Shown here piece after piece: positions 8,987 through 18,382 of a DNA stretch of 52,997 bases. The notes under the pieces were generated by a model, which was not told the DNA's origin, ran no database searches, and saw nothing but the letters and a program-made list of their open reading frames with translations. A program made the translations under genes and the position numbers. Source of the DNA: Vampirovibrio sp. (GTDB taxonomy: Bacteria > Cyanobacteriota > Vampirovibrionia > Vampirovibrionales > Vampirovibrionaceae); contig JAJQJM010000003.1 of the NCBI GenBank assembly GCA_021323475.1, positions 1-52,997 on the forward strand, read 5' to 3'. The number at the start of each line of letters is the position of its first letter. Within the stretch, counting starts at the first letter, position 1.

Positions 8987-10713
8987 TGCTGGGAAGAGTG
9001 GATGGGTTCCTGTTCAACCCGACGGTGAATAAGACGCTGGCCGCCCTGGATGACAGCAAGTCCATGTTCTCGGTGGCCTCGCGGGATTTCATCGACAGCA
9101 GCGGCCGGACTTACATGGAATACAAGCGGGACAAACACGGCGGCCGCGAGCGGTTGCTGGAAGAGTTCCTGACGTTTGGCATCTGGGGTTTCGGGGTGCG
9201 GGCCATGAAGCAGGCCTACGACGCTTCCGTTATGAATATGCCCAAACTCGGCATTAAGCTGCCGGATTTGGATATCGATCTGCTGCCCAAAGCCACCAAA
9301 GCTGGGGATGATAGCCTGCAGAAGCTGAATATTGGCCTGGTTGAGAAATTTGCAGACAAGTTCAAGGATGCGGGTCAGTATAACGACTTGCTGACGGTGA
9401 TGAAATCGCATGGGTTGCAAAGCGCGTACCGCAAATCCAGCATTCTCAAGTTTATCGTGGCCAGCGGTGTACCCGCATTGGCCATCGCCATAGGGGTGCC
9501 GACCCTGAACCAGTGGCTTACCCGGCAATCCCTGAACAAGGAGAAGGCCGCCAAAACTCGGCAGCAACCCGCTTCCTCCCAGTTCGGCAACGTCAATAGC
9601 GCCAAACCGCCACTGGCAAATGGGCCGCAACAGCCGATGCAGGCTGGTGCCCAGGCGGCCAACCATTTTGCCCAGGTCACCAATTTTAACGGGTATCCCT
9701 CCTCGGCGGCACCGACCGGGCGGCAACCCTTCCGGATGAACATGCCCAATGTCGCGTCACCGTTTCAACAGCCGGGCCAACATCCTGTTCAGAAACCGGC
9801 TCAGCAGACCGCAGCAGGCAAAAACGGGCAGGTGCAGTTTGGCGGCATGGCCGATGTGGCTTCCGCCATCCTGCAAAACGAGCGTTTGAATACGCTGCTG
9901 ATTGACGGCACCATCAGTGGCGGACGGGTGCTGAAAGCCAGAAACCCGATGGAGCGCTTTGAAATCTTTTTCCGCGAGGCGGCGATTATTGCCTTCCTGT
10001 ACTGGATTCAACGGCCGTTGCAGGATGCCATCGGCAAGCAGATGGGCAAGGCTTGGAAAATCCCGGCGGATATGGAATTCAAGACCATTCAGTATCTGCG
10101 GAAACAGGAACATTACGCTAAAACCCCGTCCCTGTTCCATCAGGAATACAAACAGGGCCTGACCCACATTGCCGAAGCGATGGGCAAAAAGCTGGTGCCG
10201 GGCAAAAATGGCGCGTCCGCTAAAGACGTGCTGAGCGAGATTCTGAAGAGTTCCGATAATAAGGAAAAAGCCCTGCTGGAATCCGTTTACGATTACTTCC
10301 TGAATCACCGCGATAGTGCCAAGAGTAAAAACATGATTTTTGAAACCGCGATTGATTCCGGCCTGATTCCCACCATTTCCCGCGAGAAGCAAAGCATCTT
10401 CTCGGAAATGAACCCCATCAAGAATCAGGATTTAACCAAGAATAAATTCCTGGATCTGACCAAAAAGATTGATACCAAGGGCATTTTCTCCCTGATGGAA
10501 AGCCTGGAATCGTTGAGTGAGAAAACCATCAAGCAGCCCGCCCACCTGGAAGAAATGCTGAAAAAGACAATGCGCTTACGCTCGGGTGCCTGGTTCGCTT
10601 CCAATGCGGTGTGCTTCACCTTCTTGTCCGTGGTGATCCCCGTGTTGCAGCATTACATCACCTACAAGAGAACCGGCAAGAATTACTTCCCAGGTGTCCA
10701 GCAGGAAGCCTGA
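8986..10713 (+). CDS. Hypothetical membrane protein with two homologous halves joined by a Q/P/N-rich linker
   Basis: Each half has a D..SGR/GGR..E.F motif, a hydrophobic segment and a final hydrophobic helix ending P.L.Q/H..T; the linker ends in QVQFGG. Confidence 0.8.
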   Translation: MLGRVDGFLFNPTVNKTLAALDDSKSMFSVASRDFIDSSGRTYMEYKRDKHGGRERLLEEFLTFGIWGFGVRAMKQAYDASVMNMPKLGIKLPDLDIDLLPKATKAGDDSLQKLNIGLVEKFADKFKDAGQYNDLLTVMKSHGLQSAYRKSSILKFIVASGVPALAIAIGVPTLNQWLTRQSLNKEKAAKTRQQPASSQFGNVNSAKPPLANGPQQPMQAGAQAANHFAQVTNFNGYPSSAAPTGRQPFRMNMPNVASPFQQPGQHPVQKPAQQTAAGKNGQVQFGGMADVASAILQNERLNTLLIDGTISGGRVLKARNPMERFEIFFREAAIIAFLYWIQRPLQDAIGKQMGKAWKIPADMEFKTIQYLRKQEHYAKTPSLFHQEYKQGLTHIAEAMGKKLVPGKNGASAKDVLSEILKSSDNKEKALLESVYDYFLNHRDSAKSKNMIFETAIDSGLIPTISREKQSIFSEMNPIKNQDLTKNKFLDLTKKIDTKGIFSLMESLESLSEKTIKQPAHLEEMLKKTMRLRSGAWFASNAVCFTFLSVVIPVLQHYITYKRTGKNYFPGVQQEA

Positions 10714-10833
10714 GCCTTATTATCATCTGACTGGGCCTGATTGCCGTATTCTGTTCGTTAAACGCTAAACAATAGCTATTGCCGCCACCTGTTTTAGCGT
10801 TTTGTCTTCAGTATTTTGTTCGGTTGCGTATGG

Positions 10834-13800
10834 CTAGTTGACCAGAAAACCGACCGGCAAGTCCTTCAGAATGTCGGAAACATCAATTTCCGCCAGATGT
10901 TTGCCTTTGGCTCTGATGTCCTCTTTGCTCAGGACGTTTCGGAACGCATAATTCCGCATACTTTCCGGCAGCGTGATCGCCGTGTCTTTCCATAGCCGTT
11001 TCCCGCAGGGCATCCCATGTTTACGCATGCCCATGCTGTAGAGTAACCGTGGCGCAACTGTTATGGCTACTTTGTCCTCCCATTGCCGGGCAAAGGCTAT
11101 CACATGCTCAGACCCGGAACCGGTGACATCCAATGGCACATAGCTCCCATACTGGAACAATTCCCGGTTTCGCCCACGATAGTGCAGCACCGAGGCGATC
11201 AGGTATTGCTTGATGCGCCCGTCCGTCAGGTTATCGGTCAATTCCAGCAGAAACTTAGTCAAATGCTTGGGATCATCGGAGTAAACGGCTTCCTGAATCG
11301 GCCCCATATGAGCTTGCCTCAGCGAATAATCCACAGGCTGGCGGTTATCCGGGTCCACCATGCTGAAATCCCATAGCTCCGTCCCCTGGTACAGGTCGGG
11401 TACGCCGGGACAGGTCAGTTTGAGCAGGGTTTGAGACAAGGAATTGAACAAACCAAACCGGGCCACAACGCGCTGGAAGGGCACAAAATCATCCAGAAAC
11501 AAGGATGAAGGCCGTAACAGAACCCCACGGATGAACTGGGCCAAAGCATCCTCGTACTCTGTATCCGGGTTAATCCAACTGGTATTGGTTTTCGCCTCTT
11601 TGGCCGCTTTCATCATGTATTGAATCATCCGCTCAGCCAGGGACTCCAAGCCCTCCTTTCCCGGTGACGTCAAGGGCCAAACCCCGATCAGGGCCTGGTA
11701 AAACAGGTATTCCTCATTGACGGAGGGGGTCTGTTCCCCGTCCTGCAAATGTTTGCGCCAGTGGCGATGGAAGCGCCGCCATTGGCTCACATGGCGATGC
11801 CATTCCTCCGGCATCTCGGAAAGGACGCTGATGCGGGCGCGCACGTCTTCCGAGCGTTTGGTGTCATGCGTGGACGTATCCAGCAGCGTATTCGGCGTCC
11901 GTTTGCTCCGGTCCAGGTTGTGATGGTGGAAAGTGGACATGGAAATCCCGAACTGGTGGGGCTCGCCTCCCACTTCGTTCAGGGACACCAAGCGGTTATA
12001 CCGGTAGAAAGAGGTATCTTCCAGACCCTTTGCCATCACCGGGCCGGAATACTGCTGGAATTTCATGGCAAACCGGGTCACCGCCTCCAGGAAGGGTTCC
12101 TCGTCCTCCGTGTCGCCATTGGCTAGGGGGCGGGTGACGGATGACTTGCTTGCCTCACCCGCCGTGGTGCCTGCTGCAACCGGGTTATTGGCCCCGGCGG
12201 CTATCCCGTCTCCCAGGAATTCCGGCGCGAATTCCAGCAGCAACACGGAATGAATAAAGTCGAAAATGCTGGTATCAATGGCTTTGCTGCGCCGCTTGGC
12301 CAGCCGGACGGCCCATTCAATGTATTCGCGGTCTTTTTTGCTGATCTGATCCGGCGTAATGTAGGTGCGGTATACCGGGAAGCAGGCAACCACCTCCATC
12401 AACGCGTCGCGAAGGTTGTGCAGCGTGTAATCGCGGGTGCTCCAGTTCCGCTTGGAAAGCCGGTTCAATTGCTGGCTCAAAACCCCCAACTCGCTGTTCA
12501 GGGTGGTTTTCATAATCAGCTTTTTGCAACGGTACACCAGATCATCAAAGTCCACCTTCTCACCCAGCAAGCGCTCGTAAATGCGGGTGAATTCCTTCTC
12601 CTCATCCTGCTTTACGAAGATGCCGTTGACCAGGTTGGTGAATTCGTAACCCGTAGTGCCATGCACGGTCCATTCCTGCGGCAGCCGCTCAAACGGGGCC
12701 AAAATCTTCTCAATCAGCACGTAAAGCGGCAAATCCTCGGAGCTGAGCTGCCAGTCGGTGCGAATAGGCTTACCCAGTCGCTTGGCGGCCTCCTCTTGCA
12801 AGCGGTGGAAGTAGGCGGCAGGGTCGTACAATCCGTCCGGGTGGTCAATGCGCAGGCCGGTCACCAGGCCCTGTTCCACCAGTTCCATAATCAGCTCGTG
12901 CGTGTCGTTGAAAACCCGCTGGTCTTCCACTCGCACCGCCACCAGGTCGTTGATGTCGAAGAACCGGCGGTAATTAATCTCGTCGCTGGCTACCCGCCAG
13001 TTGGACAGCCGGTAAGCCTGCTGTTCCAGCAGGCGGTGCAAGCGGGTCTGATTGGTGGGATCGTCTTTCTGCGGGATGAAATCCTGCACGTTTTCATGGA
13101 TAAACGTGACGATATCCGGCGTTTGCCCGCATAGGATGACCAGCCGGTTCAGGCTGATGACCCGCTCTCGGGCGCGTTCTTCCTTCTTATCGAAATCATA
13201 ATTGGTGACCACCGGCAAATGCTCGAATGAGGACATAATGCTGCGGTACTCCAGAAAGGCCGGGGTGGTTTTGCCCAGGCGGGCTTCCAGGGTTTCCAAC
13301 CGGTGGCCCAGAATAATGGGGTAAGACACCGGATTGATGGGAATGGCGTTTTCGTAATAATCCAGCCAGAAACGCCCGTTTTCCGGTGCGAATCGAACTT
13401 TAAGCTCGCTATTGGTCAGGATTTTACCGTAAGCATCCCCCAAAATGGGTAGCAGAATCTTGTTTTGCAGGTCATCCGTCAGCGGATGCCAGTCAATATC
13501 AAAATAATCGGCGTACATGGAGGAGCGGCCATTCTCCAGCACGTCCATCCACCAGGGGTTGTCCTTGCCTGCGCCCATATGGTTCGGCACAATGTCCAGC
13601 ACCAGGCCCATGCCATGTTCCCGCAGAATATGGGATAGGTGCTCAAACTCCTCCTGGGTGCCAATTTCCTGGTTGAGTTGCTTGTGATCCGTAATGTCGT
13701 ACCCGTGAGGACTGCCCTCGCGCGCCTTAAGTAGCGGAGAGGCATAACAATGGCTGACCCCCAGTCGGCTGAGGTACGGTACCAGCTCAATAGCGTCCCG

Positions 13801-13854
13801 AAAGGTGAAGTTTCGGTTGAACTGGAAGCGATAGGTGGCGTGGGGAATGGTTAA
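10834..13854 (-). CDS. treY: Malto-oligosyltrehalose synthase (frame extends upstream of the ORF-track ATG; reached by -1 frameshift from malQ)
   Basis: IPHATYRFQF, YASPLL, SPHGYD, DIVPNHM, INYRRFFDI, GLRIDHPDGL, EKIL, TSTHDTKRSED, PGVPDLYQG, VDPDNR. Confidence 0.93.
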   Translation of the reverse strand, partial: LTIPHATYRFQFNRNFTFRDAIELVPYLSRLGVSHCYASPLLKAREGSPHGYDITDHKQLNQEIGTQEEFEHLSHILREHGMGLVLDIVPNHMGAGKDNPWWMDVLENGRSSMYADYFDIDWHPLTDDLQNKILLPILGDAYGKILTNSELKVRFAPENGRFWLDYYENAIPINPVSYPIILGHRLETLEARLGKTTPAFLEYRSIMSSFEHLPVVTNYDFDKKEERARERVISLNRLVILCGQTPDIVTFIHENVQDFIPQKDDPTNQTRLHRLLEQQAYRLSNWRVASDEINYRRFFDINDLVAVRVEDQRVFNDTHELIMELVEQGLVTGLRIDHPDGLYDPAAYFHRLQEEAAKRLGKPIRTDWQLSSEDLPLYVLIEKILAPFERLPQEWTVHGTTGYEFTNLVNGIFVKQDEEKEFTRIYERLLGEKVDFDDLVYRCKKLIMKTTLNSELGVLSQQLNRLSKRNWSTRDYTLHNLRDALMEVVACFPVYRTYITPDQISKKDREYIEWAVRLAKRRSKAIDTSIFDFIHSVLLLEFAPEFLGDGIAAGANNPVAAGTTAGEASKSSVTRPLANGDTEDEEPFLEAVTRFAMKFQQYSGPVMAKGLEDTSFYRYNRLVSLNEVGGEPHQFGISMSTFHHHNLDRSKRTPNTLLDTSTHDTKRSEDVRARISVLSEMPEEWHRHVSQWRRFHRHWRKHLQDGEQTPSVNEEYLFYQALIGVWPLTSPGKEGLESLAERMIQYMMKAAKEAKTNTSWINPDTEYEDALAQFIRGVLLRPSSLFLDDFVPFQRVVARFGLFNSLSQTLLKLTCPGVPDLYQGTELWDFSMVDPDNRQPVDYSLRQAHMGPIQEAVYSDDPKHLTKFLLELTDNLTDGRIKQYLIASVLHYRGRNRELFQYGSYVPLDVTGSGSEHVIAFARQWEDKVAITVAPRLLYSMGMRKHGMPCGKRLWKDTAITLPESMRNYAFRNVLSKEDIRAKGKHLAEIDVSDILKDLPVGFLVN

Positions 13855-16148
13855 GGAAGAGCTTCGTTCGCTTTTTTTTTCCCCGAATCTTCGGAGGGTG
13901 TCTCAATCGGGTTGATAGTGGGGCGTTCCGCCGAGATTGCCGAACAAATCTCCTTGACCCGGCTATCCGTAAACAGGGTTTCCAGCGGCAGGGTAACTTT
14001 ACGCTTCCAGCAGGCATAAACCGGATCCGTGGTGCCGGGCAGGTTGATCTGGTCAATCTGCTGCAACATGTCCTCGAATTGCACCATAAACACTTTAGCA
14101 TTGGTTTGTGCCACCAACCGGTGAATGGCCGTGGACAGTTCCGGCGAGATACTCGGCGTAGACAGTGGCCCGGCCGTCACATCCGGGGGCAGCAGGCCCC
14201 GTTCTTCCAGCAATGCCAGAATAGCCATCCGTTCCATCACCCGATCCTTGATCTGGCGTTCCCGCATTTCCTTGTTCGGGTACAAGTCCAGTTCGGTGCG
14301 AACCGCAATATCCTGCCCTTGCCAGAAGCCGCTTAGGGTAGGCAAGTCATGCGTGCTGACCGCAACGGCGGCGGTGTCCAGGTATTCTTCGGGCGATTTA
14401 TAGCGCTCGCCTTCTTTTTCAAAGTAGAACACCTTGTAGGAATAGATGCCCCAACGGTTCATGCGATCCCGTACCAGATCCGGCACGGTGCCCATGTCCT
14501 CGCCGATGACCATACATTGGTTGCGCTGGCTTTCCAGGGCCAGAATGCCGAACAGTTCATCCAGGGAGTAATGGATATACGCCCCCTGAGACGGCGGCAG
14601 GCCCGGCGGAATCCAGAACAGGCGCATCAGGCCCATCACATGGTCAATCCGCAGCGCGCCGGCGTGTTTCATATTCTGCCGCAGGATTTCAATATAAGAC
14701 TCATAGGATTCTTCCCGCATTTTCTCGGGAATCAGCGGTGGCAGGCCCCAGTCCTGGCCTTTCTGGTTGTACTCGTCCGGGGGAGCGCCCACCGCGCTGG
14801 ATTTAGCAAATAAATGCTGGTTGGCCCATACGTCCGCGCCGCCGCGATCCACGCCAACGGCCATATCCATATACAGCCCCACGCCCAGATTACTGTTCAG
14901 GCAACGCAGTCCGGCATCCCGAAGCTGGATATCCACCAGCCATTGCAGATACTGGTAGAAGCCGACCCGTTCCCGGTTGGTTTCCAAAAACTCCCGAACC
15001 GCCGGGCCTTCCGGATCCTGGTAGGCTTCCGGCCAAGCAGGCCAGCCCCACACAGAGGCGTCTTCCTTGTGGAAACGCTCCTGCAAGGCATGAAACAGAG
15101 CGAACCGCTCCAGCAGATGGCCGTGTTCGCTGATGTAACGCCGGAAATCCTGGGCTCGCTCCGTATTCTGCGATAAGTGCTTATGGCAGAAGTTCTGGTA
15201 CAGCAGTTCCAGCACTTCCAGCTTGCGTTGCCCAACTTCGGCATAGGGTACCATCGTTTCCTTGCGCAGACGCTCCAGCGCGGTCTGGTAGGCAGGGCTG
15301 AACACCAGCTGCTTGGCCTCGGCGGACTCCAGGAAATCTGCCACAGCCTCGACATCCAGGTACAGCACGTTAAAATACATGCGGCTGGACGGGGAATACG
15401 GACTGGAGTGGGCCGGGTTGTGCGGGAACAGCGCATGCAGCGGGTTCAGGCCCACCATGGCCGCGCCTTGCTCGGCGCACCAGTCCACAATGCGGTTCAG
15501 GTCGCTGAAATCGCCGATGCCCCAGTTGCGATGGCTCTGCACCGCATACAGTTGCACGGCGGGTCCCCAGACTTTACCGTTTTTGCCGCCATGTTCTTCG
15601 CTATCCAGCACATTGGGCATATAACAGCGAGTCGGTGTGATGACTAACAGCATGTTCACGGATTCGCCGGATTCCGCGTCCCGTACCTGGAACTGGTGAT
15701 ACCCTTGCGGCAAACCGCCTTCCAGGGCTAAGCGGTACTGCCCGATTTTCTCGTGATGTGCCGCCAGCTCGACGGTTCCCACCTGATGAAGCTCGCCAAT
15801 CCTGAACTGACCCGTTTTACTATGGCCGTCCTCGGTTTGAAGCTGCCACTGGAAGGTTTTTTCGTGGGCGCTTTCGGGCAGATGCACCGGAACATCGATA
15901 TTTGGTGCGGTTTCCGGCACTACCATCACGGGCTCCAGCCAGCGGGCCACGGTTTGGTGTTGCAGTTTATCAAACGCCAGATCGATATCGGACTGGGAGT
16001 GGATGTTGACTTCCATCGCGGAAAGCAGGGCCTTGTACATCTCATCGGTCACATGGTGCGCGTTACCCCAGATGTCGCGCCATTCCGGTTGAATACCGTA
16101 GGCCTGGGCCAGGTTTTGGAGGTTGCTTTCCTGCGTAATGGTTTCCAT
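13851..16148 (-). CDS. malQ: 4-alpha-glucanotransferase (amylomaltase, GH77)
   Basis: WGIGDF, GLNPLH, SPYSPSSR, DMAVG, GAPPD, GQDWG, LRIDHVMGL, IGEDMG, STHDLPT, INLPGT. Confidence 0.95.
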   Translation of the reverse strand: METITQESNLQNLAQAYGIQPEWRDIWGNAHHVTDEMYKALLSAMEVNIHSQSDIDLAFDKLQHQTVARWLEPVMVVPETAPNIDVPVHLPESAHEKTFQWQLQTEDGHSKTGQFRIGELHQVGTVELAAHHEKIGQYRLALEGGLPQGYHQFQVRDAESGESVNMLLVITPTRCYMPNVLDSEEHGGKNGKVWGPAVQLYAVQSHRNWGIGDFSDLNRIVDWCAEQGAAMVGLNPLHALFPHNPAHSSPYSPSSRMYFNVLYLDVEAVADFLESAEAKQLVFSPAYQTALERLRKETMVPYAEVGQRKLEVLELLYQNFCHKHLSQNTERAQDFRRYISEHGHLLERFALFHALQERFHKEDASVWGWPAWPEAYQDPEGPAVREFLETNRERVGFYQYLQWLVDIQLRDAGLRCLNSNLGVGLYMDMAVGVDRGGADVWANQHLFAKSSAVGAPPDEYNQKGQDWGLPPLIPEKMREESYESYIEILRQNMKHAGALRIDHVMGLMRLFWIPPGLPPSQGAYIHYSLDELFGILALESQRNQCMVIGEDMGTVPDLVRDRMNRWGIYSYKVFYFEKEGERYKSPEEYLDTAAVAVSTHDLPTLSGFWQGQDIAVRTELDLYPNKEMRERQIKDRVMERMAILALLEERGLLPPDVTAGPLSTPSISPELSTAIHRLVAQTNAKVFMVQFEDMLQQIDQINLPGTTDPVYACWKRKVTLPLETLFTDSRVKEICSAISAERPTINPIETPSEDSGKKKANEALP
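13872..13884 (-). promoter_or_regulatory. Slippery homopolymer GGGG-A9 (candidate -1 frameshift or transcriptional slippage site, or a sequencing indel)
   Basis: T9 at 13872-13880 on +; one extra A fuses MalQ in frame to the start-less TreY N-terminus. Confidence 0.6.
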
Positions 16149-16230
16149 GATGCGGGTGCTTTCTTTTAAAATTCGCGTACTATTTGGCTTTGTTTAATCA
16201 ATGAATGCTTTCTTTTGGAGAGGATGGCAG

Positions 16231-18123
16231 TCAGCCAATCTTCCAAAGAACCGCCCAGGCCGGGATCGTGCCTGACTCAATCTCTTGCGCGACCGTATCT
16301 CCACTTTGATAAATGACATTCATACGGCCGGAACGAATATTATCGGAAAGCGGGGACGGCAAAGTCAATGGCGTGGCGCTTGGGTTGGCAACCAAAACCA
16401 GGGTTTTTCCATTCGCAAGTGGCCACTCGACTATCATGCCGGATTTTTCCAAAATTTTACATTCGGGTTTACGTGGCGCCTCATGCGTTTGAGCTGCCAG
16501 ATGCGGAATGATCGCCTGCTTGCGAATGCTCAGCAACTCGCGGGTTAAGGCCAGCCACTCGGCATGCACTGGCTGGTGCAGCACGGTCCAGTCCAACCGG
16601 GATTGTTCAAAGGTGGACACGGCCGCCGGATCCGGGATGCGTTCGCGGGTTTCCGGATTGCTGAATTCCGGGAACCGGGCAAACTCTTTACGGCGGCCTT
16701 CCGTCACCAACCTGGATAATTCCGGGTTAAAGTCGCAGAAGAACAGGAAAGGCCGATCGCTTTGCCACTCTTCGCCCATAAACAGCATCGGAATGGAAGG
16801 CGCCAATAAGAGAACTTCAGTCAGCGATTTCATCGCTTCCGGCGGAGCCAGTTGATGCAAACGCTCCCCAAAGGCGCGATTTCCAACCTGATCATGATTT
16901 TGCAGGAAGTTCACGAATGCGGTCAGCGGGAGTTGATCGGTTTTTTCCCCGCGAGGATGCCGCCGGTACTGGGATTGTTCACCCTGGTAAGCGAACCCTT
17001 CGCTCAGGCAGCGGGCCAAATGGGCTACGGCCGGTTGATGGGAAGCGGCCTCATCGTAATCGGAGTAATAGCCCGATGCGTCCCCGGTGGCAATTACATG
17101 CGCCGCATGATGGAAATCATCATTCCACTGGGCGTCAAAATGCGTTTGGCGTTTTCCCAGTAAAAAACGAGACGCGTTATCGTCATTCTCCAGCACCAGG
17201 TGCACATGCCGATCCGCTGGAATCTGGCTGCGTACGGTTTCCGCCAGCTCATTCAGGAAGTGGGTCGGGGATTGATCGTAAATGGCATGCACCGCGTCAA
17301 AACGCAGACCGTCGATATGGTATTCCGTCAGCCAGTACAGCGCGTTTTGAATGAAGAATTCCCGCACCGGGCGGGGGCCTTCAAAGTTGATGGCCGCTCC
17401 CCACGGGGTGTGGTAATGCTCGGTAAAAAACGATTTTGCATAGGTATGCAAATAATTCCCGTCCGGGCCGAAGTGGTTGTATACCACATCCAGAAATACC
17501 ATCAGCCCTTTCTGGTGTGCGGTCTGGATTAAATCTTTCAGATCATCGGGCGTTCCGTAACTGCTATCGGGAGCATAGGGCAATACGCCGTCATATCCCC
17601 AATTCCGCTGGCCCGGAAAATCCGACAACGGCATCAGTTCAATGGCGGTAACGCCCAAATCCACCAGGTAATCCAGTTTGTTTTTTACGCCCTGATATGT
17701 GCCTTCCGGGGTGAATGTGCCGACATGCAATTCATACAGGCTCGTTTCTTCCCACGGGCGGCCTTTCCAATGGGTATCCTCCCACTCAAACCGGGTGGGA
17801 TCCACAACCTGGCTGGGTCCATGCACATCCTGCGGCTGATACCGTGATGCGGGATCCGGCACGTTCAAATCCCCGTTAATGCGAAAGCTGTATAAATCTC
17901 CATGCCGCGCCTGAGCGGAAAAACAGGTATGCCAGCCGTCCGCTTGGGCGTCCAACACCAGCGGCTGATCGTTTAACATCAGCTCGACGGATTGCGCGGT
18001 GGGTGCCCACAGGCGAAACGTGACTCCCGCTTTATCCGGCGCGATATGAGTGCCGTATGGCATTGCATGAATGCGACTTGTTTCCGTTGGCCCGGCATTG
18101 CCAGCCGCGTATACCCCAGCCAT
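16231..18123 (-). CDS. treZ: Malto-oligosyltrehalose trehalohydrolase
   Basis: FRLWAP, PDPASRYQP, YELHVGTFT, WGYDGV, DVVYNHFGPDGNY, DGLRFDAVHAI, QWNDDFHH, QNHDQVGNR, LFMGEEW. Confidence 0.95.
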   Translation of the reverse strand: MAGVYAAGNAGPTETSRIHAMPYGTHIAPDKAGVTFRLWAPTAQSVELMLNDQPLVLDAQADGWHTCFSAQARHGDLYSFRINGDLNVPDPASRYQPQDVHGPSQVVDPTRFEWEDTHWKGRPWEETSLYELHVGTFTPEGTYQGVKNKLDYLVDLGVTAIELMPLSDFPGQRNWGYDGVLPYAPDSSYGTPDDLKDLIQTAHQKGLMVFLDVVYNHFGPDGNYLHTYAKSFFTEHYHTPWGAAINFEGPRPVREFFIQNALYWLTEYHIDGLRFDAVHAIYDQSPTHFLNELAETVRSQIPADRHVHLVLENDDNASRFLLGKRQTHFDAQWNDDFHHAAHVIATGDASGYYSDYDEAASHQPAVAHLARCLSEGFAYQGEQSQYRRHPRGEKTDQLPLTAFVNFLQNHDQVGNRAFGERLHQLAPPEAMKSLTEVLLLAPSIPMLFMGEEWQSDRPFLFFCDFNPELSRLVTEGRRKEFARFPEFSNPETRERIPDPAAVSTFEQSRLDWTVLHQPVHAEWLALTRELLSIRKQAIIPHLAAQTHEAPRKPECKILEKSGMIVEWPLANGKTLVLVANPSATPLTLPSPLSDNIRSGRMNVIYQSGDTVAQEIESGTIPAWAVLWKIG

Positions 18124-18274
18124 AGCACAGCCTTTCTATTTTAAATAACGATAAACTCAATTCTCTGTGGAGGAGCGATGCCCGATCGGCCCTCTCCGTC
18201 TAGAAACCAGAAATTATATAATAAAAATTATTTTATAGCTCAGCTTTTTAATAGAGTGCTTTTTCTCCAGAACC

Positions 18275-18300
18275 AAAAAAAAGAGCCGGAAAACCGGCTC
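18275..18300 (-). terminator. Intrinsic terminator after the SDR gene
   Basis: On minus strand gagccgg-tttt-ccggctc followed by T8. Confidence 0.85.
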
Positions 18301-18382
18301 GATAAGATCCCCAAAAGAAAATCTGTTTCGCTATTTGTAATGGTGGTCAATGAATTGTGGTGGCCCGCAAGCTGTTCCCTAG

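Noticed and set aside
8930-8990. Possible frameshift fusing the repeat protein to the 575-aa protein at the T7 run
   Set aside because: The downstream frame has an in-frame TGA a few codons before its ATG, and the TGATG overlap with an AAGG RBS explains the junction
12250-13134. Long antisense ORFs (also 8809-9726, 30044-30958, 36450-37217, 49771-50571)
   Set aside because: Typical antisense shadows of GC3-rich genes with clear function on the other strand
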